The translations under genes and the position numbers were made by a program. A stretch of 49,785 nucleotides of DNA from contig JBDRRF010000091.1 of the NCBI GenBank assembly GCA_043825875.1, forward strand, positions 1-49,785. The letters are read 5' to 3'. Positions 37,316-46,925 of this stretch are shown piece by piece (positions within the stretch are counted from its first letter, which is position 1; each line of letters begins with the position of its first letter). This DNA is from Pseudomonadota bacterium. GTDB taxonomy: Bacteria; Desulfobacterota; Desulfobacteria; Desulfobacterales; RPRI01. The notes under the pieces are model-generated. The model was not told the origin of the DNA. It did not search any database and was given only the letters and a program-made list of their open reading frames with translations.

Positions 37316-40300
37316 ATGAAGATACTTGGCATCAGATTTAAGAATCTTAATTCTCTTACCGGCGAATGGCGAATTGATTTTACACACCCGGATTTTACTT
37401 CAAACGGAATATTTGCAATTACCGGCCCGACAGGCTCAGGAAAAACTACCGTTCTTGATGCCCTCTGCCTCGGGCTTTACGGCAGAACCCCCCGTCTGGA
37501 CAAGGTTACAAAAAGCAGCAATGAAATCATGTCAAGGCAAGCCGGAGAATGTTTTGCAGAAGTTGAATTCGAAACATTAAAAGGCCGCTATCGCTGTCAC
37601 TGGAGCCAGCACCGGGCCAGAAAAAAACCCGGCGGCGAGCTTCAGCAGTCAAAACATGAAATATGCGAAGCTGATTCCGGAAAAGTACTGGAATCAAGGA
37701 TAGCTTTAGTTGGAGAATTTATTGAAAAAGTAACCGGCATGGATTTTGAACGTTTTACACGTTCAATGCTTCTTGCACAAGGCGGATTTGCAATATTTCT
37801 TAAAGCTCCTCCCAACGAAAGGGCTCCCATCCTCGAACAGATTACGGGTACTGAAATCTACAGCAAAATTTCTGTTAAAGTTCACGAAAGACGTTCGGAT
37901 GAGAACAATAAACTGGAAATACTTCAGGCGGAGCTTTCAGGAATCAGGATACTTGGTGAAGACGAAGAAAGAGATTTTAATACCGGTCTTAAAGAAAAAC
38001 AGAATCAGGAAGCTCAGATATCAGCTAGTGTAAAAAAACTGGTAACAGCAGCAAACTGGATCGAGGAAATAAACAAGCTTGAAAAAGATATAGAAGATCT
38101 TGGCGAAAAACGCAAAGATTCGGATAAGCGCAGGCAGGAGTTTGAACCGGAAGCCAAAAAGCTTGATAGATCCCGAAAGGCAGCCGGTTTGGAAGCTGAT
38201 TACCGGGGTGTAACAACTTTGCGTACACAACAGGAAACGGAATTAAAGGAACTTGACGGCGCTGTTTTACTTTTGCCTGAAAAAGATAAAGTTCTTCATG
38301 AAGCATTGTCTCAAAAAATTTCTGCTGAAAACACATTAAATGAATCGCATAAAAAGCAGCAATCGGAAATGCAAATTATCAAACAGGTGCGTGATCTTGA
38401 TACTTTGTTAAGAGAGCAGAAAAAACAGCTTGCAGGACAAGAAAAGAAAGTTGAAGAAACAGAAAAGCAAATATCGGCTTATAAAAAAAGCATAGCAAAA
38501 AGCGATAGCGAAGTAAAAAAGTCGCTCACATCTTTGGAAACAATTAATGATTACCGGATAAAACATGGCGTAGATGCTGCATTAATAACAAACTTAAGTG
38601 CCATTGAAAGGGGCTTTGTTTCATTTCAGGTTGTTGATAAAAAGCATAAAAAAGTATTGAAAGAACTTCATGCAGCAGAAAAGAAAAAAGCCGATTCTTC
38701 TGCCGAATGCAAAAAGCTTGAAGCAGAGCATAATAAATTACACCTTGAATTTGAAAAGCTACGGGATGAACTAAAAAGCATCGGCGATGAAATATCAATT
38801 ATTTTAAAAGGACGCGATATCAGCCAGCTACGGTCAGAACTTGAAAGCTTTAAAGATAGTGAACGCCTGCTGGTTCAAACAGAACAAACAATTGCAAGGA
38901 TTGATAAAACCTTCGAAATGATAGCAAGCTGTGAAAAGCAGATTGTTGAATTAAAAAAAAAGAATTCAAAGCTATCGGATGGAATATATACCGATAGCGA
39001 AAATAAAGAACACCTTGAAAAAGACATTGCCTCACTGGAAACACAGGTGTCTCTTCTTAACCGTATTCATGATCTTGAAGAAGAAAGAAAAAGGCTTGAA
39101 GACGGCAAGCCATGCCCTCTTTGCGGCGCAACCGATCATCCTTATGCAAAGGCCAATATCCCCGCATTAAACGAGACTGAATCCGAACTGAAAAAGGCAA
39201 AGGCAGAATTCAAAAAAATATCCGACAAGCTTACTAAGCTTGAAAATGAGCGGGTCAAAAATACAGCAGCTTTAGAATATTCTGAAAAAGAAATTAAAGA
39301 ACATAAAACATTGCTGGATACTGACAAGAAACAGTGCAAAGCAGAAATAGCTGCATTAAATATTGAAGCCACACCCGGTGAACGGGCAGTAAAAGTACAC
39401 GATCAGCTTTCGGAAGTTAAGTCCAAAATAACCGAAACCTTACGCGTTATTGCAATGGTTGAAGAAAAAATAAAAGAGGAAAAATCAGCGCAAACAAACT
39501 TTGAAAACCTGAGAGAAAAACAGAACAAGGCGGAAAAAGCGTTGCAAGGCTCTATCCATAACATGAAGACAGCCGCTGATGATTATAACCGGCAAAAAAA
39601 TGAATGCGATGCTTTAAAAGAAGAAGTTGAAAAAACCCGGATGTCTGCAGTTAAAGATATTCAAGCTTTCGGGATTAACAATATTACAATAGAAAACCTT
39701 AACCCCACTTTACAAAAACTTACTGACCAAAGAAATAACTGGCAGGCAAAAGATGCTGAAAAATCTACTTTTGAGAAAAAGATCAATGAATTAAAAGCTG
39801 AAATCGAAATAAATAAAGCCATGACAGATAAGCTTGAAGTGGGTTTGGCCGATAAAAATTTTGAGCGCAATAATTTGAAAAAAGAATTCGAGGCGCTGAA
39901 TTTAAAACGCCGTGACCTGTTTGGTGAAAAAAGCCCCGACATTGAAGAAAAACTTCTGGCTGAAGCAATTGATATGGCCGACAAAGCGCTTGAAACAAAG
40001 CGCGAATTATATACACGGATTGAAAAAGAGATCAGTGCTCTTAAAGATAAAATGGATTTTCTTAAAGGAAAAACAGAAAAACGGGCAGCAGAACTTATCC
40101 AGGCGGAACAAAAAATATCTGAGCAATTTAAAACGACAGGATTTGAAGATGAAGGTGATTACCGGTCTTGTTGCCTGAGCAAAGAAGAACGGGAATCGTT
40201 GGCTTTAAGGGAAAAAGCGCTATATGAGGAAAAACTGGAGCTTGATACCCGGTTTAAGGACAAATCAGATGCCCTTTTAAAAGAGAGTAGTAAAAATCTA

Positions 40301-40987
40301 ACTGCTTTATCCAAAGACTTACTTGCGGAAAACATCCGCTGTGCCGAAGATGATCTAAAAGAATTACGGCTTGATATCGGCGGCATTATAAAAAGTCTTG
40401 CCGATAATGAGAAGCAAAAAAAAGATCAGGTTGAGCGTATAAAAAATATAAAAGCACAAAAAACGGAATGCATCCGCTGGGACAACCTGCATCAACTGAT
40501 AGGCTCTGCCGACGGCAAGAAATTCAGAAATTTTGCCCAGGGCCTTACATTTGAAATGATGATATCCCATGCCAACCGGCAGCTTAAAAAGATGACGGAT
40601 CGCTACCTGCTTGTCCGCGATACATTGCAGCCATTGGAACTAAATGTTGTCGATAATTATCAGGCAGGTGAAATCCGTTCTACAAAAAATCTGTCCGGAG
40701 GCGAAAGCTTTATCGTAAGCCTTGCTCTTGCGCTTGGATTGTCTCAAATGGCAAGCAGAAATGTTCGTGTTGATTCTTTATTTCTTGATGAAGGCTTCGG
40801 AACTTTAGATGAGGATTCGCTTGAAACGGCAATAGAAACTCTTGCACAATTACAGCAGGACGGAAAGCTTATTGGCGTTATATCCCATGTACCTGCATTA
40901 AAGGAGAGAATCGGAACTCAAATAGAAGTAATTGCGGAAGCAGGCGGCCGTAGCCGTTTAAGCGGGCCCGGATGTTACAAAATCTGA
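37316..40987 (+). CDS. sbcC: Exonuclease SbcCD subunit C (SMC-like ATPase)
   Basis: GPTGSGKT, coiled coils, CPLC zinc hook, LSGGE, FLDEGFGTLD. Start placed at ATG 37316. Confidence 0.95.
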   Translation: MKILGIRFKNLNSLTGEWRIDFTHPDFTSNGIFAITGPTGSGKTTVLDALCLGLYGRTPRLDKVTKSSNEIMSRQAGECFAEVEFETLKGRYRCHWSQHRARKKPGGELQQSKHEICEADSGKVLESRIALVGEFIEKVTGMDFERFTRSMLLAQGGFAIFLKAPPNERAPILEQITGTEIYSKISVKVHERRSDENNKLEILQAELSGIRILGEDEERDFNTGLKEKQNQEAQISASVKKLVTAANWIEEINKLEKDIEDLGEKRKDSDKRRQEFEPEAKKLDRSRKAAGLEADYRGVTTLRTQQETELKELDGAVLLLPEKDKVLHEALSQKISAENTLNESHKKQQSEMQIIKQVRDLDTLLREQKKQLAGQEKKVEETEKQISAYKKSIAKSDSEVKKSLTSLETINDYRIKHGVDAALITNLSAIERGFVSFQVVDKKHKKVLKELHAAEKKKADSSAECKKLEAEHNKLHLEFEKLRDELKSIGDEISIILKGRDISQLRSELESFKDSERLLVQTEQTIARIDKTFEMIASCEKQIVELKKKNSKLSDGIYTDSENKEHLEKDIASLETQVSLLNRIHDLEEERKRLEDGKPCPLCGATDHPYAKANIPALNETESELKKAKAEFKKISDKLTKLENERVKNTAALEYSEKEIKEHKTLLDTDKKQCKAEIAALNIEATPGERAVKVHDQLSEVKSKITETLRVIAMVEEKIKEEKSAQTNFENLREKQNKAEKALQGSIHNMKTAADDYNRQKNECDALKEEVEKTRMSAVKDIQAFGINNITIENLNPTLQKLTDQRNNWQAKDAEKSTFEKKINELKAEIEINKAMTDKLEVGLADKNFERNNLKKEFEALNLKRRDLFGEKSPDIEEKLLAEAIDMADKALETKRELYTRIEKEISALKDKMDFLKGKTEKRAAELIQAEQKISEQFKTTGFEDEGDYRSCCLSKEERESLALREKALYEEKLELDTRFKDKSDALLKESSKNLTALSKDLLAENIRCAEDDLKELRLDIGGIIKSLADNEKQKKDQVERIKNIKAQKTECIRWDNLHQLIGSADGKKFRNFAQGLTFEMMISHANRQLKKMTDRYLLVRDTLQPLELNVVDNYQAGEIRSTKNLSGGESFIVSLALALGLSQMASRNVRVDSLFLDEGFGTLDEDSLETAIETLAQLQQDGKLIGVISHVPALKERIGTQIEVIAEAGGRSRLSGPGCYKI

Positions 40988-41011
40988 AACCAATAGTTTA
41001 TACTTCTGATC

Positions 41012-41038
41012 TTTACGTTTGGATCTTATAGGTTTTTT
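41012..41038 (+). repeat. 27-bp duplicate of the 3' end of the cysE-like gene
   Basis: TTTACGTTTGGATCTTATAGGTTTTTT versus TTTACGTTTGGATCTCATAGTTTTTTT at 49634-49660 (25/27 identical). Confidence 0.8.
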
Positions 41039-41064
41039 AAAAAGAAATGGGTGACCTCTTTTCT

Positions 41065-41985
41065 TTATATTTTATCCAGATCAGAGGACAATTTTCTAAC
41101 TGTTCTAACAAATTCATTTTGAAATTGAAAATTTTCCGCATTGGTAAAATTGGCAAAGTCCAGAAGGTCAAGGTTTCTTATTAAATTGAGCAGGCCCAGC
41201 AAAGATTCTTCTGCAATTGCCTCCCAGGCCAAAATCCTTTCTTCTTTATTTTTTGAATTTTCCCTGGCCATGGACAAGGCTTTGTATAGGTTTTCATGAT
41301 CTTTCTTAAAACCATGATGCACCATATTGTATAAAAGCAGGAACAAGGCATCAACTCGATTCATCTTCACCAGTGTGGGGCTGTGGAAAAAAGAATGTTG
41401 TTTATCCACACTCACATCTGCCTTGCCAAGCAATACTGTCTTTTCAAACCAGTTAAGGGTATAGGCCAGATAATCCTTGCTTTGCCACTTGTGTTTTTCC
41501 CAGGCATGAGTCCGGATAATCTTGGTCAACTCCATGATGCAGATATCATGCGTGTCATAATCAAAGTTGCCCAAAAATGCTCCGGATTGAAAAATGTCCA
41601 CGCCAGGTCTATGGGCATGTTTTGAAATTTCTGCGCAAAGGATCCGATTTTCTTTTCCTGGTCTTTGGATGATAATTTTATAGGATGGTTTTTCTTTTTT
41701 AATACGCACCAGTTCTTCAATGGAATCCGGTGGGAGAATCGGGTCGGCTATGCAAGGGGGCAAAAAAGCAGCTAAAAGACCGGGGCTTAAGTCCACCCTT
41801 TCCAAAGCAGCTTTGAATACGGGCAGATCGTTTTCATCCAGGGGGGCAACCGGTGTCAGACAACCCTTTTCCAGATGGGGTAAAACCAGCTCCATAAAAG
41901 CTTCAAGGCCAGCTTGCCAATGGGCACTTCTTGGGTCTTTTTTCTCATCAATCCATTGTTTTGCTTTTGACAACATTTGATCCAT
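41065..41985 (-). CDS. Hypothetical protein flanked by a 16-bp direct repeat
   Basis: 306-aa ORF; AATGGGTGACCTCTTT at 41046-41061 and 42164-42179. Confidence 0.8.
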   Translation of the reverse strand: MDQMLSKAKQWIDEKKDPRSAHWQAGLEAFMELVLPHLEKGCLTPVAPLDENDLPVFKAALERVDLSPGLLAAFLPPCIADPILPPDSIEELVRIKKEKPSYKIIIQRPGKENRILCAEISKHAHRPGVDIFQSGAFLGNFDYDTHDICIMELTKIIRTHAWEKHKWQSKDYLAYTLNWFEKTVLLGKADVSVDKQHSFFHSPTLVKMNRVDALFLLLYNMVHHGFKKDHENLYKALSMARENSKNKEERILAWEAIAEESLLGLLNLIRNLDLLDFANFTNAENFQFQNEFVRTVRKLSSDLDKI

Positions 41986-42332
41986 TAATTCACACTCTTT
42001 TTAAATTTTCATACGGTTAAGATCGGAACAGAAAAAAAGTATCTTCCTCATTTTGCCGATAGTATTACCATACTCACCCAATAATACCAAGGGATAATAA
42101 GATATGAGAGAACTGCATCAAAACAAGCTTGGAAACCGAGTCCCCTCTCTTTTCATACCCTTTAATGGGTGACCTCTTTACCGATGTTTTGTGCCTGGCA
42201 AAATAGCAAAGCATGGAGCTCGCTTGACATATAGAGTCTCATGCCTACTTTCAAACTAAAGATCTATAATTGATGGTTAATTCCAGATAATGGATAACAA
42301 ATCAGCTTATTTACCCTTACAGTAAAGGAGGT

Positions 42333-42839
42333 ATGGCAATGAAAATTATATTTAGATCAAAGGCTGTATATCTACTGGTATCATTGGTATTTGTAATGAC
42401 TTTTGCCCTTCAGGCATGTACCGAAAACAATAAACTTGTGGAAGGCCCCAAAACGACAAAGGTAATTTTTGATTTTCGTGATTCAGTCCTGGAGAGCGCG
42501 CTGATCCACATAAAATTGATTCATGATACATATAAGGATAAAAACATTGTGACAGATAAGCCCGAATTCGCGGTTGTTTTTATGGGTGGATCTGTAAATC
42601 TTCTGTCAAAAAGCAGAGACGGGTATTCACCGGAAGATCAAAAAATACTTGAAAAAATAGGTGAAATAATTACGGCAATGTCAAAGGACGGTATACGGTT
42701 GGAGGTTTGCATGTTTGCAGCCAATTTATTTGGTCTTGACCCGGACTCCATATTACCGGAAATCCATCAGATAAAAAACGGTTGGATCTCTTCAATCAGG
42801 TATCAGGAAAAGGGATACGTTCTGGTTCCGGTATTTTAA
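42333..42839 (+). CDS. DsrE-family protein, probable lipoprotein
   Basis: LQAC lipobox; KVIFD, VVFMG, LEVC and YQEKGY motifs; AAGGAGG RBS. Confidence 0.75.
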   Translation: MAMKIIFRSKAVYLLVSLVFVMTFALQACTENNKLVEGPKTTKVIFDFRDSVLESALIHIKLIHDTYKDKNIVTDKPEFAVVFMGGSVNLLSKSRDGYSPEDQKILEKIGEIITAMSKDGIRLEVCMFAANLFGLDPDSILPEIHQIKNGWISSIRYQEKGYVLVPVF

Positions 42840-42939
42840 ATGAGTCTTTAAAATATTTCCCATAGATTATACGCTGGTAACACCAATATTTCCCCTTATT
42901 TGACGCAATTCGGGGGCTTGTTGGGACCGCTATATTCTC

Positions 42940-42977
42940 TTGACAAATTAATTTGTATACGTACAATAAACTGTACA
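42940..42977 (+). promoter_or_regulatory. yefM-yoeB promoter and autoregulatory operator
   Basis: TTGACA (42940) and TACAAT (42962); CGTACA/TGTACA cores 12 bp apart, as in known YefM operators. Confidence 0.7.
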
Positions 42978-42989
42978 GGAGTTACCAAA

Positions 42990-43241
42990 ATGGAAGCAAT
43001 AACCTATACAGCCGTAAGACAAAATCTTGCAAAAACAATGGAAAAAGTATGTAACGACCATTCTCCAATTATTGTGACACGTAAATCCTCAAATTCCGTG
43101 GTTATTATGTCACTTGAAGACTATGAATCGCTTGAAGAAACAGCCTATTTATTGCGATCTCCGAAGAACGCGAAACGTTTGTTGGAGTCAATAGCCCAGC
43201 TTGAAAATGGCAAAGGGCATGAAAAGGACCTTATAGAGTGA
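42990..43241 (+). CDS. yefM: Phd/YefM antitoxin
   Basis: MEAITYTAVRQNLAKTM...SLEETAYLLRSPKNA; ATG 42990 after AGGAG. Confidence 0.93.
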   Translation: MEAITYTAVRQNLAKTMEKVCNDHSPIIVTRKSSNSVVIMSLEDYESLEETAYLLRSPKNAKRLLESIAQLENGKGHEKDLIE

Positions 43242-43492
43242 AGCTTATCTTTTCAGACAATGCATGGGGCGATTATCTCTTCCGGCAAAAATCTGACAAA
43301 AAAATATTACGTCGAATCAATACACTCATAAAAGAAACAAAGCGTAACCCGTTTGAGGGTATTGGTAAACCTGAGCCTTTAAAACATGCTCTTTCCGGTT
43401 ATTGGTCGAGACGAATAACCGATGAGCATAGATTTATATATAAAGTCTCTGAAGATGCCATCGAAATAGCACAACTCAGATACCACTATTGA
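43238..43492 (+). CDS. yoeB: Txe/YoeB toxin
   Basis: GIGKPEPLKH, WSRRITDEHR, C-terminal RYHY; GTGA overlap. Confidence 0.93.
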   Translation: MKLIFSDNAWGDYLFRQKSDKKILRRINTLIKETKRNPFEGIGKPEPLKHALSGYWSRRITDEHRFIYKVSEDAIEIAQLRYHY

Positions 43493-43561
43493 CACATCTC
43501 TTTCAGCCCTGTCTTCTGAAAATAAAATTAACCTTTTAAAAATAAATATTTAGGAGACGTA

Positions 43562-44497
43562 ATGATAAGTAACCAAAACAATTCAAAAAAGTTAAGTTAT
43601 GCCGAATGTATTGATATTTCAAAAAAGGTGCGCTGGGACATTGATAATGATTTGATTAAAGGACGTACTTTTGATGTAACCAAAAAATTTCTTCCGGATG
43701 GATTATCAAAAGTCGACCAGTTTGAATTTCTCACTGACCGGGAAAAGATGTTGTTAAGTCAGGTACAGGGGTGGACCTATGCAAACATGTTCGGGTTTGT
43801 GGAGAGATTCATTGTTGCCAAGGTATTGGAACTGACTGCAATGCATTGGCTCGGTGACCAGGTGGCGCTGGAATCCATGGTTCGTTTTTGTGATGAAGAG
43901 CTAAAACATCAGGAGTTGTTCCGGCGCATAGATCAAATGATGGCAGATGTGATGCCTGACGGCTATCGATTCCTGTTTGATCCCAACGAGGTGGCAAAAG
44001 CTGTTTTATCCAAATCCACATGGGCGGTCATGGCACTGATACTGGAAATTGAGCTTTTTACACGGGAACACTATAAGCAAAGCATCGAACCCGATAACGA
44101 ACTCTCCGATCTTTATAAAGATGTATTTTTATTTCACTGGAAGGAAGAGACCACCCATGCAATGATTGATGAACTTGAATGGCCGCTCGTTGATGCAAAA
44201 TTAACACCTGAAAAACGGGACAATGCTGTAACTGATGTCATCGACCTGGTGACAGATGTGGACGGCATTTTAAAGGCTCAAAGTGAATCTGACACAAAAT
44301 ATTTTTTAAAAATAATTGACCGGCAATTGAGTGAGGATCAGGTTATGCAAATCGGAAAAGGTGTCCATCAAGCCTATCAATGGCAGTATATTTTTTCCGG
44401 CGTACAACATCCACGATTCGTTTCAATGCTCAGCTCGCTGACAACAGAAGAACAGCGCACGCGACTCGGTGATGCGTTGAGCTTGCTCGGGAAATAA
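43562..44497 (+). CDS. Ferritin-like diiron protein (AurF-like fold)
   Basis: Two ExxH motifs (EELKH, EETTH), each with an upstream Glu. Confidence 0.65.
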   Translation: MISNQNNSKKLSYAECIDISKKVRWDIDNDLIKGRTFDVTKKFLPDGLSKVDQFEFLTDREKMLLSQVQGWTYANMFGFVERFIVAKVLELTAMHWLGDQVALESMVRFCDEELKHQELFRRIDQMMADVMPDGYRFLFDPNEVAKAVLSKSTWAVMALILEIELFTREHYKQSIEPDNELSDLYKDVFLFHWKEETTHAMIDELEWPLVDAKLTPEKRDNAVTDVIDLVTDVDGILKAQSESDTKYFLKIIDRQLSEDQVMQIGKGVHQAYQWQYIFSGVQHPRFVSMLSSLTTEEQRTRLGDALSLLGK

Positions 44498-44589
44498 TAA
44501 TTTTTCATTTGAAGAGCGTAACTATAGTGAATGGGGGTTTTCACTAGTTTTAATATTCAAGATTCAAGACGCGGCCCCATTGTTTTCCC

Positions 44590-44660
44590 CCTCCATAGTA
44601 GTTTGCCCAGAAAGACATCTAATAGAAACTATATAACTAAAGGGCGTTACCGATATCCCC
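44590..44660 (+). repeat. Dispersed repeat B, copy 3
   Basis: Near-identical to 28003-28075 over about 50 bp. Confidence 0.85.
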
Positions 44661-44700
44661 CAATTATGACAAATGTGGTTGAGATATTTAGATCCTGAAA

Positions 44701-44982
44701 CTATGCAAATTGAAGCTTAAGCTTTTTACCAAGGGCTACAGCGACATTTTCCAAAGTTAGAAGTGTTATTGAAGAATTTTCAGGATCCAGCAGCCTATCA
44801 ACTGAAGATCGACTTGTTTTCATCATTTTAGCCAAAGCTGTTTTTGAAATGTTACGTAATTCCATTTCCTGCTTAATCTGATAAGCAAGTATGCGTTTTA
44901 GAGCCGCTGCTTCGGCTTCTGCCAGTAAGCCTTCCTCTTGAAGGAAATCATCAAAACTACTTCCAATATGTTTGTCTTTCAT
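44701..44982 (-). CDS. XRE-type HTH antitoxin
   Basis: HIGSSFDDFL..EG and TSRSSVDRLLDP..SITL motifs. Confidence 0.85.
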   Translation of the reverse strand: MKDKHIGSSFDDFLQEEGLLAEAEAAALKRILAYQIKQEMELRNISKTALAKMMKTSRSSVDRLLDPENSSITLLTLENVAVALGKKLKLQFA

Positions 44983-44984
44983 CC

Positions 44985-45341
44985 TTAATCCTCCTGATAT
45001 TCTTTCAACCGGGAAAGAGCTGTTTCTAATTCATTCTTAGGAATTTTCTGCGTTTTTTAATAAACCCGTGTAATAGGATCATCATATTCCCGTCAACAGT
45101 GAATAAAACTCTGGCAATTCCACCCGGAATCTTGGACCTTACCTCCCACCTCCCATAGGAACGGTTTTAATTTTTCAACCAAAGGCATGCCAAGGGGCCA
45201 TCCTAACTGAACAGTTATAATATCTTCTCCTAATACTTTCTTTTGTATCGGGGACAATGATTTTAGCTATTTCCTTACGGGTTCCGTGCCTGCACTGGTC
45301 TTGTAAAAATGAACTTTTAATTTTAGATCATCTAAATCTAT
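44985..45341 (-). pseudogene. RelE/ParE (Gp49-like) toxin pseudogene
   Basis: Fragments FYKTSAGTEPVRK*L, GWPLGMPLV, WEVRS, RVLF, LLHGFIKK with an in-frame TAG and frameshifts. Confidence 0.85.
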
Positions 45342-45917
45342 GATTTGCGGTGTACCAAAATTGGTGCGTTTGTCAATTATTATTTTCGTTGAGTATAATT
45401 GCAAGCATTTTGACAACCTTTTCATAATCTTGTTTGCTTGCCTGAAAATTCACATTGATAACTTTATCAACAGTAGGTGGTAATTTTACTTTTTTATAGC
45501 AGTATCACTTGCAGATTCAAGGCGCTTTGAGTTGTCATTGTAAGGGGGAAAGTGTTTCTCTCCTCCCTTTGCAAAAGGGAGGCCGGGAGGGCTTTATAAA
45601 AAGCTTTTTCAATCAGTTTATTAAATCTTCATATAGGGGGAATTGAGGGCATCCTACAAATGCTTCTTTGCATGTGAATATTAACAGCAGCAAATTGATT
45701 AAAAAATATTTTCATTTTCTATAAAGCAAATAGGATGATATCCTTGATAATATTCATATTTAGCTTATCAACTATAAATATAAAGGGCGTTATATATTAA
45801 AAGAAAAGAAGTCCCCAATACTACCCATAGGTATTACTTCCAAATATATGGACTAAACTGTTACCAAGCCGTAAGTTCATATTTCAAGGTTTGACCCCGT
45901 TTTTCTCAACCCGCTTG

Positions 45918-46283
45918 TTAAAGCCTTTTAGCTTTTGCTTCTCGATAAAAGTATATCTTGAATAGTTGCAGTAACAAACCAATCCCTAAAAAACTTATTC
46001 CTAAATAGAAAATATCATAAGTGTCTTCTTTGATGTTTCCAAATATAATTTCGACTCCAGAAGAGATAAATCCTACAGATCCAGCAAGTAATAAAAGAAA
46101 GATATATAATTTTAGGGCAATTAAAATAGTATTTTCCTCGGGTAAAATCACAAGAGCAGTGAGGAACGGCAGAGAAATTAATAGCAAAAAGCACAAATTT
46201 TTTATAAAAAATTGCCCAACGAGCAATGCAACAAAAATTATAATACCAACATTTCTTTTATCATTTAAGAATAATTGTTTCAT
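45918..46283 (-). CDS. Cassette E: hydrophobic membrane protein
   Basis: Cassette starts GTTAAAG (46300); the stop codon overlaps the matching inverse core CTTTAAC (45917-45923). Confidence 0.75.
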   Translation of the reverse strand: MKQLFLNDKRNVGIIIFVALLVGQFFIKNLCFLLLISLPFLTALVILPEENTILIALKLYIFLLLLAGSVGFISSGVEIIFGNIKEDTYDIFYLGISFLGIGLLLQLFKIYFYREAKAKRL

Positions 46284-46293
46284 TATATTTCAA

Positions 46294-46398
46294 CTTTAAC
46301 GCCCCGCCTGAGCAGCGGCCCAATATTGGACCGGACTTCTACAGACTTTTACGTTAAACTGCGATTTTCCTGCCGTCTGCTCCAGGCGGATGTTATGT
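46294..46398 (-). other. attC site
   Basis: Minus strand ACATAAC-atCCGCCTGGAGCAG...CTGCTCAGGCGG-ggc-GTTAAAG, with an extrahelical G. Confidence 0.88.
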
Positions 46399-46423
46399 AT
46401 TGAATTCTATAACGAATTTAATT

Positions 46424-46783
46424 TCATGTTCTTAGTTCAGGATGCCTATCGTAAAAGCCTTCAACATTTTCAATGCGGCCATTACAATTCGGACAAGTAT
46501 TTTCAGAGACCTCTTTGGCGTAAAATGATGCTCGACAGTCTAAGCAGATTACAAAATCGTCATCGTAGCTTTTTGGGATGTTCCTTCTAATTAGTCCGTA
46601 TAGGAGAATAAGCACACCAAATATAGATAGTACTACTCCAGCACCTTTTGATATTGGGAAGCCATATCGGCTATCCCATTGATGAATATAATAATGCACC
46701 CCTAACCAAATTGTGAGACACCCAAGACCAATAAAGAATAAGCGTCTAAGAAATGGAGTTGTATTTGTTTTTTGCTTTTTCAT
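46424..46783 (-). CDS. Cassette D: two-TM protein with C-terminal zinc ribbon
   Basis: CLDC...CPNC; bounded by GTTATGT / ACATAAC. Confidence 0.8.
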   Translation of the reverse strand: MKKQKTNTTPFLRRLFFIGLGCLTIWLGVHYYIHQWDSRYGFPISKGAGVVLSIFGVLILLYGLIRRNIPKSYDDDFVICLDCRASFYAKEVSENTCPNCNGRIENVEGFYDRHPELRT

Positions 46784-46787
46784 TTAT

Positions 46788-46922
46788 ACATAACGTTGCC
46801 GCTAAGGGCGCCGGGAAATATCCCATCATAGGCATGTCTTAAAACCTAAAAACTCAGCACAATGACAAAAGTTCTAAAAATCCGCGGCCTTTCCCGGTCC
46901 CGCTTCAGCGGCCTTGTTGGGC
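46788..46922 (-). other. attC site
   Basis: Minus strand GCCCAAC-aagGCCGCTGAAGCGGGACCGGG...CCCGGCGCCCTTAGCGGC-aac-GTTATGT. Confidence 0.88.
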
Positions 46923-46925
46923 AAC

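Noticed and set aside
37326..40570. Many short ORFs overlapping sbcC
   Set aside because: Shadow ORFs of a long coiled-coil gene.
42900..42989. 30-codon N-terminal extension of YefM in the ORF track
   Set aside because: Covers the promoter and operator; the RBS supports ATG 42990.
45557..45595. CTCCCTTTGCAAAAGGGAG hairpin, with a similar one near 35729-35757
   Set aside because: Short degenerate palindromes with too little support to define an element.
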